Assembly (NCBI GenBank): GCA_009914755.4
Contig: CP068257.2
Coordinates: 14,400,001 to 14,464,000 of the forward strand
Direction: 5' to 3'
DNA length: 64,000 bases
Source: the human T2T-CHM13v2.0 reference genome, Homo sapiens
Below the pieces are notes generated by a model. The model saw only the letters and a list, made by a program, of their open reading frames with translations. It searched no databases and was not told the origin of the DNA. Positions 13,008 to 26,291 of this stretch are shown here, piece by piece; position 1 is the first letter of the stretch, and each line of letters begins with the position of its first letter. The translations under genes were made by a program, and so were the position numbers.

Positions 13008-14639
13008 TAAGTGCTATTTAGATTAGGATATTTTCAGGGAGACTGAGGAAGATGACATGCATCGAGTACATTTTTGGGGGCTATACACCAAGGAAGATGT
13101 TTTAACATGTTACTTTATTTCATCATTGTGACAACATTCTAAAATAGGTTTGATGATTGATCTCTGTTTTATAAATGAATAAATTTCATCTCAAAGCAGA
13201 AAAGCCAAGATTGAAACCTGTGCTTCCTCCCAAGCCTGTGCTTTTCTTACTACCTTACTTTGCTATTTAGTTTATTGAATTTTCACCTCAGAAATACACA
13301 GTTAATTTTTTAAGAAAGAAATGAATGTAATGTGGGGAAGTTCTTTAATCTCTGTAACTCCATATTGAAGGAAGACACCACAAATGTAAACACTCATTAA
13401 ATATTAACTGAGGAAGTATCTACATGGTCTTCACCATCTGGAAGAATGTGGGAAAAACAAGTGAATAAGCCAAATGTTCCTGAATATCTGTACATTTGGC
13501 ATCATGTTGCTAAATGATGCATATGCTTGGTGTCATTTCTTTTTAACATTTTATTTAGTTATATTTGTTATTAAAAATACAGTTAAAAGAAAAGGTCCCC
13601 ATTTCCTTTCCCAACCCATTTAATAAGGAGTAGCAAATCTTAACACATTGGTTGGTATCTTCCCAGATATTTTAAATTCTGATTATAAATGTAGTATTCA
13701 TGCATGTGCATGTGCACACTTGTACACAGAATTATGCTTATTGTTCTGTGCTCTGCTTTTTAAGGGAATTTTGTCAACATTTTTCTGTATAGATAACTAT
13801 CTTATTTCCTTTGTGACATTGTTGGATTGCTAAGTGTCATTTACACAGAGCTCAAGATGGTATAATCTTGTAAATATTGTGAAGAAAACAATGTACTCAA
13901 AATCTCGTTCTATTTCACAGAAAACATTAAGATAAGTAAAAACAGAAAAGCATTATACATGATTTATTAAGTTTTATGTCAAAATGCACTTATGAATTGT
14001 AGTGTTGCTAAAGATGGTACTTCATTTAGTGTGTAGTTTTGGCAAGTTTTTTGACTAATATTAAGATTACATAAGTTAGGATTGTGTTTTATTACATGTA
14101 ATATATGGCGACTTTAAAATATTGGAGATTATTTTGCTCATTTTGGGAAAAACTACTCACGGCCCAGCTACTGAACATCTGTTCAGGAATATGAACTAGG
14201 GGAGTGGGTACCATAATTTATTCGTAGCTCAGAAAGGCCTATTCCAGTTCTCAGGAGAACGTCAAGGCAGGACACTTGTGTGGAGTGAACTGAGGATGGT
14301 GATCAGGCAATAGTTCACAAAAAGGAAAGCAGGCTCTTCATCAACCCATAAAAAGACAAGGTTCAAGCTGACATTAATTCCTCAGTACAAGAAAACAGGA
14401 CAATGGCAAGAGGGATCTCTGCCATGATCTTTATCTGTTGAGTCACACTATTGCCATCTGGACATGTTGCCTCTCCATGTCTAGAGTACAAATGTTGTTC
14501 TGGAATCTCCCTTTACCTTGGAAGGAAATCAAGATTTCTGTCACCTCTCTTCTATTTTGGGTTCCATGACACTGGCATCTCATATCTCCCTCTTTTGCAT
14601 TTTTTTCTTTCATTTTGGTGAAGCTTAGCTTCCACTACA

Positions 14640-15225
14640 TTTTTTTAAAGTTTATATTAGATTGTAACATATATACAGTAGACAAAATCTTAAATGTGCA
14701 TCTTGATAAAAACTCACACATGTACACACTTGTGTAACTGCCACCCAGATTCAGATATAAAATCTGGGTTTCCTGAACCCAAAAGATTCTCTTGTGCTCC
14801 TTTTTAGTTAACATTCTTTTTCCCAACCAAGGAAACACTATTCTGACCTCTATCACTATACAGGAGTTATACTTGTTCTTAACTGTCATATAAATGGAAT
14901 CATATGGTATATATAGTTTTGTGATTGACTCCTTCGGCTCAACATTTGTGTTGTTTAACATGGAAATAGTTCACCCATTTTTATTATGTGTGCAATTATT
15001 TTGCCCATTCTATCATTGATGCACTTTTGGGCTATTTCCCAAATATTCTTATGCATGTCTTTTGGTAGAAATACCGTTCTGTTTTGCTTGACTGTATACC
15101 TTGAGGTGGAATTATTGGATCACTGGGCGTATATATATTCAGATTTATTTGATCTTGGCAAAGAGTGGGTGTACCAATTTATAGCCAAATTAGCAAAGTA
15201 CAAGAGGCTTGATTGATTCACTTTA
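14640..15225 (-). mobile_element. L1 3'-end fragment (ORF2 C-terminus and 3' UTR), antisense
   Basis: ctgtcatataaatggaatcatatggtatatatagttttgtgattgactcc...gcccattctatcattgatgcacttttgggctatttccc...cttttggtagaaataccgttctgttttgcttgactgtataccttgaggtggaattattggatcactgggcgtatatatattcag parallels the reverse complement of L1 ...gttgatggacatttgggttgtttcca...taaatacctaggagtggaattgctgggtcatatggtaa. Confidence 0.75.
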
Positions 15226-15424
15226 TTGAAAACACTTGATATTGTCACGGGCTTCCTGGGTTGTTGCTTTGCCAGCCAGACACCTCTGCGGCTGGTGGCA
15301 CCTTTGCCCAAATTTTGCTTGAGCCCACTGGACTCATTCTGCCCACTTAGCCTGGTAGGCTGTGCTTGGCTTTCGCTATTGGCCGAGATTCCATGTCTGC
15401 CAAGGGCGAGCCAGGCACAGAGAA

Positions 15425-15477
15425 GTGAGTGAGTGAGTACATGAGTACATGAGTGAGTACATGAGTGAGTGAGTGAA
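15425..15477. repeat. imperfect (gagtgagtacat)n / (gagt)n microsatellite
   Basis: gagtgagtgagtgagtacatgagtacatgagtgagtacatgagtgagtgagtgaatg. Confidence 0.9.
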
Positions 15478-15939
15478 TGCAGGGTCCAGCCACTACATTC
15501 AGCTAGGCATGTGAGCTGCTGTGGGGTGGGCAGCACCAGGCGCTGGCATGGGCTCTGGTTCCCTGCTGCAGCTGGACCAGGTGTACTGCAAGAGGCTTCC
15601 ACTGCAGGCACCAGGGAACATGGTAGCACCTGGAAGCTTGGAGACAGCAGGAACCACAGAGCCCCAAATAGGGTGATATAGCCCTGGCTCAGGGACCTCC
15701 TAAGTCTGGGATCCCTGAAAGGCCTCAACTCTTCCCTTTCCTCTCCTTCTCATCACCTGTAACATGGCAAGTGAGGGGCATGTTTCAGCCCTGCTTGTGT
15801 TACAGCCTTTTCAGTCCTGCCATTTGGTGGATCCTGAGTTCTTGTCCTACATCCTGGAAGAATGAGGTACACAGACAACTGGAGGGTGAACAAGGCAAAG
15901 ATGTGCTTTATTCGAGCAACAGTACAGCTCTCAGGAGAT

Positions 15940-16190
15940 CCAAAGTGGGTATCTCCTTTCCACAGGCAGGTTGGCCTGATGAGTGCAGCCCTCAGTGGAG
16001 AGGAGACCCAGAATGGGTAGCTCCTATCTGCGCTCAGGTTATCCTGACATCTCTCCAGCCCTCAGTGGAGAGGAGACCTGGAGTGGGTGGCTCCTATCCC
16101 TAGGCAGGTTGTTCCAACGTCTCTGCAGCCCTCAACAGAGAGGAAACCTGGACTGGGTAGCTCCTATCTGCAGGCAGGCCATCCCATTGT
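15940..16190. repeat. ~70-bp tandem repeat, ~3.5 copies
   Basis: cagccctcagtggagaggagacc recurs at ~15987, ~16058 and ~16126 (as cagccctcaacagagaggaaacc), each followed by ggtagctcctatc.gc.caggtt. The three overlapping ORFs in the track (15771-16103, 15983-16198, 16087-16332) have near-identical peptides because of this repeat. Confidence 0.85.
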
Positions 16191-17073
16191 TTGCCTGAGT
16201 CTGGCTGAGTCCAGAGTTTTTATGGGCTTCAGAGGGGAGGAAGTGCATGTTGATTGGTTCATGGGTGGCCATGGGCACACCTGGAGAAAGCACCGTAAGT
16301 TTCCACTCTGGTCTGTGGAACCGGCAGCTTAGCCCCCAGGCTTCAGGCCATCTCTGGCGTGAAGGTGGGGTTTTAATGGGGATCTTCCTGTTTCTGCCCA
16401 GGAACCTGTCTGCCTCCTGCTACCATTCATGATGCCCAGGCTGTTTGTGCCCTCGCCAAGTTGCCCTAAGCCCCACCTCGGCCTCCTTCCCATGCTCCTC
16501 AGTGCCCAAAGTTCAGAGGAGGCCTAGGGGGCTGGGTGCTGGCATGTCAGTACCGCCCTAAGCGTGTACACGCCTGGCTGGGTCATGACAGTGCCCAGGT
16601 TTGGCCACAACTTTGCTCTGAAATCAGAGTGGGTGCCAGGAGTGGGGAGATGCCAGGCAGTGGGAGCAGGCACTTCCAAGCCTGCAGGGGCAGGGGGGCT
16701 TCCTGGGCCCCAGAAGCACAGGATGCCTAGGTCTGAAGCCGTGGTTATGTGGCTGCAGCCGTGCCCAGGTGGGCGGGCTCTCACCACACCAACTTGGGGG
16801 AGAAACTCCCACCTGTTCCCAGCTCCCACCAGCTCTGCTCGAGCACGCGGCCCCAGCCGTGCCTTTCCCCGCTGCAGCCAGCATCTTTGCAGCAGCAGCT
16901 TCATATGGGCCACTGCTGCTATCAGTAATGTTAATCTTCTGAATTTTTGCAATTTTGTTAGCTATGTAGTCGTATCTAATTGTAGCTTAAATTTTTATAT
17001 CCTTGGTGAATTGCTTATTTCTATTTCCCATTTTTAACTGGGTTGCCTACATTTTTTCTTTACTTATTTGTAG

Positions 17074-17382
<309 letters not shown>

Positions 17383-18429
17383 AGGAATTCTTTATATATT
17401 TTGAATGTGACCCCTTTATATATATTGCATGGACTGAACCTTCTTGCAATATATTTCTTGCTATATAAGTTATCTCTTTCCATAATATTGTCAAAAAACA
17501 GACAATAAAAAAATCCGGGAGTCACAGAGCAATAGCACTTATTTAACTTGAGATTCTCTAAGTTTCGGATGGTTTCATGCTCTCTCATGCATTTGTGGTC
17601 ATCTGTGGGAAAACAAGCTGCTCTACCGTTATTAGCTGGACTCATTGACACGTCTGGGTTGGCTGCCTATTGACTGATCTAGCATGGCTGTATCTGGTGA
17701 AACTGAAGCAGTTTGACTCTGCTCCACATGCTTCATCTTCCAGAAAGCAAGTTTCAGTATTTTCTTATAATCATGGCAGACAAACAAGAGCTGAAACAGA
17801 AATGGTCAGCTCTTTCAGCTTCCTTTAGCTGTCTGTCATATCTGTTAACATCCCATTGGCCAAAGCAAATCAGAAAGCTGATACGAAATTAAGGGTTGGA
17901 GTAAAATCTCTACCTCTGTAGTAAGAGGAATTGAAAGTTTCATGAAAAAGCATGAAAAACTGGGGACATTAATGCAATCAATCTTTTGTACTTGCCTTTT
18001 TACTCTATTAAATGGTGACTTTTGATGAATATAACTTTCTTATTTTATACAATATAATTTATTATTCTTTTATTAACAATATGGCTAGTCACTTTTTGCT
18101 GTTTCTTAAATATATGTCTACCCCAAGCTTATAAAAAAAACTGTCCTAGGTTTTTTAAATAGAAACTTTCTTTTTTTTTCTTTTTTCCCATTTTGGGTCT
18201 ATAAGTCACTATAAATTAATTGTTATACAGGGTGTTAAAAACCATATATATCTAATTGTTTAACACAATCACTGGAAAACTTCTCTTCTGAATAAAAAGA
18301 AAAAATAATATTTATAGTATATTATCAGATAATTGTTTATGAGTAGATCTGCTTTAGAATGCTATTCTGTTTTATGCTGTTTTTTTTGTCTGCCCTTGCA
18401 CAAATACAATACAGTCTTAATTAGTTTAA

Positions 18430-21130
18430 TTGCATAGTAATTCTTGATATCTGATATAGAAGTCTTGATATTATCTTGGCTATTCTAAGCCTTTTACTTT
18501 TATATATAAATTTTGGAATCAACATAATTTTCACCAAAACGTGGTGATTTTGATTTTGATTTGATAGAATTTATTGATCAATTGGACAGAACTGATGTGA
18601 TTCTAATATTAAAAATCAGAATCCATAAACATGACATATATCTTGATTTATTTAGGTTCTTTAAAATTTCTTTCAGTAATATTTTAAAGTTGTCTGTCTA
18701 GTACTTTTTGTTGATTTATTGCTAAAGATTTATTTTTATGGTATTGTTAAAAGGGAATTTTAAAATTTTAAAATTTTAATTGGTTTCGGTATATAAACTA
18801 CAATTGATTTTTGTAGTTTGACTTTATATTCTGATACATTTACTTATTAATTCTAATAGTTGATTTGTATGTTTTGGATTTCCATTATGCATCATCGAGT
18901 CATCTCCAAATATTGACAATTTTACATGAAACTTTGATGTATTTATACCATTTTTCTTGACTTTTCCTACATGTTAAGAACTGCACAATGCTGAGCATAA
19001 GTGACAATAGTGGAGATTATTATCTTGTTTCTGAAGTAAGGGGAAAAGCATTCAATATTTTACTTTTAAGAATCTATCCATCTATTACCTATCTATCTAT
19101 CTATCTATCTATCTATATATCTATCTATTATAAGCTAAGAAAATATCTTCATTTTACTAGTTTGGTAAGAGTTTTTATCTTGAATAAATGTTAAAGTTGA
19201 TCAAATAAATTTTCTGCATCTATTAGGATGGTTGCATGGTTTTGCTTCTTCATTATTTAATGCGATGAATTATATTGATGCTTTTAAAAAAGTGAAAACA
19301 TTTCAGTCCTAGAATAAACTCTACTTGGTCAGGATGTTTTATCCTTTTATATATACATGACTTCAAGGCATGAATTTTTTGATTAGAAATTCTGCTTAGA
19401 TATTTATGAAAATATTGTTCTGTAGTTTTCATTTTTTGTGTGTAAAATTTTTGTCAGGCTTTGTTATCAATGTTATGCCAGACTCACAAGACGTTTGCAA
19501 TTGTTCCATCATTCTCTGGTTTCTGAATGATTTGGTATGGGATTAGTATTGTGACTATCTTAAATTTTTGAAAAATTTTACCAGTAAAGCCATTTGGTCT
19601 TGGAGTTTTCTTTCTAGGGAGGTGCTTAATTCAGGTTCAATATGTGATTATTCATGTTTTTTGTTTTCTTGTATGCCAATTTTGGTAAGTTGTGTTTTTT
19701 AAGGAATTAATCCATTTCATGTAAGTTTTCTAGTTACTGGTGCAATGCTATTTCTAATATCCTCTGTGCACCTTTTTAATGCCTTTAGTGTCTGTAGCCA
19801 TGTTCTCTTTTTTCATTAATGATGTTGGCATTATCTTGCTCCTTTTTCATAATATATGTTTGTTAGGAATTTATTATTTTAAATTATTTTCAAAGGACCA
19901 CTATTTTTCTGTACTGAGTTTCTCTATTTTATGACTGCTTTTTGTTTCATTGATTTCTGCAGTTAATATATATTTTTTCTTTTACTTTCATTGGGATTAA
20001 CTTGTTTTTATTTTTCTAGCTTTTTTAAATAAAAGCTTAAATTTTAGTGTTTTAAAAAATATATATATTTACCTCTATAGTATTTTTTAAATCACTGTTA
20101 CAGTTACATGCATTTCACAAATTTGGCAGGTTGTATTTTATTACTATGCAGTTAAAAACATTTTCTAATTTTCATTTTGTTTTCTTCTTTGACACATGGG
20201 TTAATTATAATATGTTACATAACTTTCAATTATGTAGACATTTTTGAGTTATTTTTATGTGTTGTTTTCAAATTATCTTTATAGTTCTACTTTTGAATTA
20301 TCTTTATAACTGTTTATCTGTTTAATTCTACTTTGGTCCGATAAAATATATGGTATAATTACAATTCTTTGAAATTTGCTGGTACTTACGCTATGGTCCA
20401 ACATCTTTTTCAATTAAGTATTTGTAAAGATAATATTCTGCATGTAATTATAAAAGGATGAAATATATATGCTGAAGTTTTTTATTGACATGTTCTCTAT
20501 ATATTGATAAAAGTCATTTTGGTTAATTTTGTACTTAAAATAATCCTTCTAGGAGATGACCAGTTTTTTCCTAAAATATTATAAAATTATGATAGTAGAT
20601 TAATATAAATGTAAGCTGTTATATCTTCCTATTTAATTAACGTATTTGTTATTACAAAATGCCCTATTTGTTTTCTATAATTTTTTTCCTTCAATTCTTT
20701 GTCTCGTATCATTGTAATCTGTTTCTTTTTTTTTAATGTAGTGTTTGGGGATTTCTTTCTTCATCTTTTTTACTTTCAATTGGTCTCTATACTTATATTT
20801 AAAGTTTGTCTCTTATAAACAGCACACAGTTAATATGTTTTTATACTTAGTCTAAAAATCCTTGAGTTCAATATTTATGAACATATTTAATGTAGTTACT
20901 GAAAAACTGGCTTTAAATCAATACTCTTTTGATTGTCTTTTAGTTGTTCCACTTATTATTTCTTCTTTTGCCTTTCTTTGGATTAATCAGTTTTTAAATT
21001 TTATTCATCTTGTTAACAGCTTTGCAGTAATAAATTCCTATGTTATTATTTTAGAGATTATCCTACATATCATGATATCATCTCTGACTTTCTAGTCTTC
21101 CTGACTTTAGTACTTTCACCAGTTTCCCAC
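18430..21130 (-). mobile_element. ancient L1 fragment (ORF2 region), antisense, strongly diverged
   Basis: Colinear with antisense L1. ttggctattctaagccttttacttttatatataaattttggaatcaacataattttcacc resembles ttttggctattctaggtcctttgcatttccatataaattttagaatcagcttgtcaatttc. tctattaggatggttgcatggttttgcttcttcattatttaatgcgatgaattatattgatgc resembles tctattgagatgatcatatggtttttcttctttagtctgttaatatggtgaattacattgattga. ttttaccagtaaagccatttggtcttggagttttctttctagggaggtgcttaattc resembles attcaccagtgaagccatctgggcctggagttttctttgtgggaagg. Boundaries are approximate. Confidence 0.6.
19073..19137. repeat. (ctat)n / (atct)n tetranucleotide microsatellite, ~13 units, inside the L1
   Basis: atctatccatctattacctatctatctatctatctatctatctatatatctatctatta. 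Confidence 0.95.
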
Positions 21131-21643
21131 CAAAGCAATAATTTTATCACAGTTTATCCATTTAGGTAATCTAGGAAAATCTCCCTATTTTAATGTCAAC
21201 TGATTAGCAACCTTAATTCCATCAGGATCCTTAATTATCCTTTGCTACATAATGTAATATATGCAGTTTCTAGGGATCAGGATGTGGAAAATTTTGGAGG
21301 ACCATCTATCTGTCACCTAAGAGGAAATAACTCAGAAGAGGCTGTTGAAACCAAAAAGCAATGAGATAAATTAATTGGCAAATTTAATTTCTTCTCCTTA
21401 TCCGTAATTACACAGTGGGGTAGAGCATATAATGAAAATTAGATCACTTTTAGAAAATGAAGAAGCCATGTTTCCTTTGCGCATCTGTGGTATACAGTGA
21501 ACAATTTTTTTTACTGCCCTACATGCAGATTGTGAGATACAATCTGACAACTTTCTTGTTAATCATTAATTTAATAACTACTGCTTAATATAATTCTGGA
21601 CTTAGTCTATGGCTTGAGCTTGAGTAGAGCATGTCTTTCTTTT

Positions 21644-22005
<362 letters not shown>

Positions 22006-23877
22006 TAAAAATAATTTTTATTTGCATGAAAATCATTACTCTGAGACAATGAGATAGTCCTAGATACTTGGTGGCAACTTCTCAGATGAAAGGTTTTCAT
22101 TTTTCTTTCTAAATTTCTCTGCTGTTTCTTGTATGTAGGAAAAGAAATCATAGTAATTATAGACCATCAGATTCAAGTTAAAAGTTGCTGAAACCTGTGG
22201 CTGTTTTTTTCTAATAAAATATTTCTCATTAGCTGGTTAATCTGCTTGAAGATTTTCTTTTCCTTTGGGTATTTAGATGTCATGATTTATTATGTTATCT
22301 TTATGAAGTAATTGTATCTTTAGTAAATAATCCCATTAAAAGAGTTTGGGAACTTTGCAAGAGAAGAAGCCAGTTTTAAAAATTGAGGTGCCATGTTTTC
22401 CCACAGGGATACACTGTTCACCTTTTGGAGGTCAATATAAACAAGATCAACCATAACTGTGCACTGAGAAGTGTTTTTTGGTATCAGAATGTAGACTAAT
22501 TGAACCATCAATGACACCTTTAAAATTCTTATGCCTTTCACATCCTATAAAGATGATCATTATTAAATAGTTCAAGGGTTGTGTATTTGAAATCCAAAGC
22601 ATAAACACTGAATTTTTAATCTATAAGTTTGTGGGCAAAAAGCAGTCAGATATTTAGGGCCATTCTGATGATGAGCTGCATCTTGTTCTGTCATCTGAAT
22701 GCTTGTCATTTTGTAGATGGGGGATAAACAGTGGTCTCTTCATGTTAATGAATATTTTCCATACTTATTAAAACTAAGTTTTTTTTAATAAGAATAAGTC
22801 AATGAGCAGACAGACAAGTTGCTTTTTATTATTTTTGTGTCTCTTTTCAAGTTCACTCTTCTTATAGAATGCATTGTATTATTCATAAAGTTAATGCGAT
22901 TGGCTGCTATTTCACATTCTTACAGCCAATTTGTGCAGACTTCACTCTTTTGGTGAGATCATCATGATTGTATGTCTCAGGTTGAGCTTTTGATCTTTGT
23001 AAAGAAGTTTGCTTTCCTTCATCCTGGGAACATAGATGACGTTTATATTCTCCATACAGTTATGTTATAAATGCATGTCTTTGATCTTATGGGAGGAGGT
23101 CATAAATTCCTTATCTATAGTAAAACTCAACCAATTAAAAATATCCTGACAGCAGCCGATCAGAATCGTATTTTAATTAAGGATAGCAGCATGATAGGGT
23201 GGAAATACACTAACTAGTTACTAATTTTCTTTGGATGTCCTATATAAAAGGATGGTTTAAATTTCTAAGGTCTACTTTTTGATTAACTTACCTAGTAAAG
23301 TGGTTCCAAATAAAATTTTATTGCAAAATTATTTCAAATTTGAGTAGTATATTAAAATTTCATCATTGCAATTTGTGTTTGGGATCTGAGAGGGCTAGTA
23401 AAAACTGGATAGTAGAATACCATAAGAAATGCAATATTTTTTTCGAGTATGTCTAGCAACTCAATGGCAGAGTGTTTCTAAGTAGGAAGCCTAGCTTGTC
23501 TGGTTTAATGAATTGTAGTATTTAAGAAAGGCCTCCCATATTTTTAGTGTTTGTTTACAAATACTATTTTGTGAAATGAGTCAGATATGAATCATCCACT
23601 AATCTTGTTTATGAAATTAATATATTCAGTAAAATTCTTTGAATAACAGTAGTTTCCAAACACATTCTATGTGTTAGTGGGATCTAAATCTATGTGATAT
23701 TATGACAGTTTGAACTCTGTTTTGATTTTTACTTAGCAAAATGGTGAACTCACAGTTAAGTATGACCTCTTTGATTTTCCTAAGCTTTTTTTGTTGTTGT
23801 TCAGTGTCAGTTCAAAGAATTGGGATGAGTGGGTAGAAAAGTCGCACATTCTTATGAAATAAAAAGGACAGCCACAG

Positions 23878-23962
23878 TTTTATACATATGTGTATTTACA
23901 TATATGACATATATGTATATGTGTATGTACATATGTATATATATATGTGTGTGTGAAAGTGA
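23878..23962. repeat. compound (ta)n/(tg)n/(tatg) purine-pyrimidine alternating microsatellite
   Basis: catatgtgtatttacatatatgacatatatgtatatgtgtatgtacatatgtatatatatatgtgtgtgtgaaag. Confidence 0.85.
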
Positions 23963-25819
23963 GGGGGAGAGAGGAATGAGGTCTACATAATTTAATTTTA
24001 TTACTAGTACATTTTTATGGTTAATTCAAATATTTAGGCAAATTTGCCTTTAATAGGAAAATCATCAAAAAGGCAAGGCAAGTAGTTGCATAAGCTTTGC
24101 TTTTTTCTGAAATTACCTGCATTCACTTAGAGAAAAAAGGATTTTACATTATCTATCAAGCAACTAATTTACATATATGATTTCAGGTATTTCAATTTCA
24201 ATGTGTGTAGCAGTTCAGGAATAAAAATGCAGTATTTTCTTATATTATTTGTGTTTTTTATGATTGAGCCGTACGATCTTTTGGTTTAGTTAGGAATTTG
24301 GCTTCCCCATCCCTCCTATTAAAACTTGATTTTTGGAAAGTATAGATAGAAGAGCTGTGCTTTTCTTTTAAAATGCTTATAAAATTCAAAAGCAACTGGA
24401 ATACATTTTATGATACCAATTTTACATATATTTAAAAACCAGGACTACAAAATATAAATTTATAAAAAATTATAAAAAATGATTGGGATTCTTTCTCTTT
24501 GGAATGATTATATGTTATAAACATACAGCACCGTGAGTATAAATAGGTTACTGTTTCTCCTAATGTGCCTACTTTAATGATGAATTGCATTCCTGATTAC
24601 AGAATCATGAGCTATCAAAATACACCAATAAATACAGGCAAACATTGGTAAAATTCCGACTTAGAAAATAATCAAAGCTTAAAGCTTAGCATTCTGATTT
24701 GGAGCAAGAAATATGTAAATTGTGAAATAATGAGCAGCTTCTGAGCACATCCCCTTTATTTTACCTGCAAGGACCTGAGTCAGAAGTCTGCATTTCAAAA
24801 TGCTTCTTTTTTTTTACAGTGTGGATGAATGGCCACGAATAATACAAATTGGCTTTACTTTCCAAGTTTATTATACTTAAACATTTGTTGGCAGGTTAGC
24901 GACATCATTTATTATATAATGAGGTAAACCCCAAATGGAACCCCCAAACATCTTCTCTTCCTGGTCATCATAGGCTGCCATTCTTCCCCTAGAAATTAAT
25001 ACATCTGTATGCGGGATCGTGCCTTCTCATCCCCTGCTGCAGAATCCTCGGTCATAACAGCTTTTGTGTTCATGAATATGTAAATGTAACATGCATAAAA
25101 TAAAATAAAAAAGCAGACAGTTTCTACCACAGACTGCCTAACTCTGTTGAACTAATACACAAAAAGCGAAGATTTAATTTTTCAAGCATTTTGAGTCAGT
25201 GTTTCAAGGCATGACATAATTATGTAATATAAAAATACATAAATTAGGCATATGCAGATGTGCATGACAGTTAGACTCAAAATAAATCGGCATGTAGTCA
25301 TGGCTATAGTGATTCATGCAGATTCACTTACTCCTTCACTCTGATGCCTAGTAATACGGGGTAAATGCCTTAGGTATTTAATGACCTTGTATTTACTGAC
25401 TAGATTCTACTCCTATACTTCACCCCAATAAATGACTAGGAAAATGTTTAATTAATATGTATTATTTGTATATGTATGTATATATATGTATTATACACAC
25501 ACATATGCTTTTTTCTTTTGAAGGGGAAAAGCGATGGCTATCTTCCACTGAAGTATTCTGGAGGAAGCTGTGGGAAGAAAATTGGTGGATTTTATTATTG
25601 AAATAAGCAGGCATGTTCATGCATATTTTTACGGCATGCATGGCTATGCGCCACTCTGTGCAAACAGTGCTATTGCAGCTTGTGCGCGGTAATTAGGTTG
25701 ATGTAATTATGGTGAAATAAAGGCAGTCGCACTGATAATTTCACAGTGAATATTAAAGACATATGTGCCTTCCAGTGTACAATGAATGAACCTGAACTGC
25801 TGTCAGGGTCTAGGAGGAC

Positions 25820-25945
25820 AGTGTGGCCAATGCACCTATTGTGTCCCTGCTGCAGAAAGGAGCCTGCCGATTGGCCACTGTCTGCAGCACATAGCACTGG
25901 CTGGTTATAAAGGACTTGTCTAGGGGAGAGCCTGTAGGTACTCCA
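25820..25945 (+). promoter_or_regulatory. candidate core promoter, plus strand. CCAAT box (25827-25831), inverted CCAAT (ATTGG, 25870-25874) and TATA box TATAAAGG (25906-25913), with a predicted TSS about 25-30 bp downstream
   Basis: gtgtggCCAATgcacc, gccgATTGGccact and ctggtTATAAAGGacttg appear in order with ~40-bp spacing, the textbook NF-Y/TATA arrangement. The module lies in a repeat-free, CpG-retaining block with TAATTA motifs nearby (ggtaattaggttgatgtaattatgg, 25689-25713). There is no expression evidence, so this is inference. Confidence 0.3.
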
Positions 25946-26291
25946 TTGTCTGGTAAAGTTCATATGACTGCATTCTTTTTGCAAGGGGGGTGGAGGGAGA
26001 GCGGGGAAGGAGGGGGTGTCAGCTCAACTGTAAAAGCTGCACAGATTTTTTTTCTTTCTCTCTCTCTGCCTCTCCATAGATTGTTTCTGTTTCATGCCCT
26101 GTCTCATTTCGCATAGCTAAAAAAGAATGCTAATTAAGATCCCTTGTCTTAACCTGAAAAATAATGACTCGGCTGTAATTAGAAATCTGGTGAGAGTTTA
26201 AAAATTCTGGTAGGGGACCAAAAACATCAGTTACGGTGCTTAGGAAGAAAATGAAGAATTATTTTTCTGAAATCAAGGTAAACATGGGAGA

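Larger units (their letters stand above)
15230..16960. other. GC-rich block (clearly above window average) of unknown identity containing minisatellites, possibly an old GC-rich LTR or other unclassified repeat
   Basis: Abrupt composition change right after the L1 fragment. Contains (gagtgagtacat)n at 15425-15477 and a ~70-bp tandem repeat at 15940-16190. Has many CpGs (accgccctaagcgtgtacacgcc, gctcgagcacgcggccccagccgtgcc), but by eye the observed/expected CpG is about 0.3, so it is not a CpG island. Confidence 0.3.

Noticed and set aside
16300-16900. Possible CpG island in the GC-rich block
   Set aside because: GC is high, but by eye I count only ~11 CpG in ~360 bp at ~62% GC. Observed/expected is about 0.3, below the 0.6 threshold. 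It needs a real computation, but it does not look like an island.
15120-16952. Several 100-200-aa ORFs on both strands (15120-15728 -, 15771-16103 +, 16524-16952 -, 16564-17037 +)
   Set aside because: They sit in a GC-rich block where long open frames arise by composition alone. Three of them are the same ~70-bp tandem repeat read in different frames. Both strands are open simultaneously, and there is no recognisable domain.
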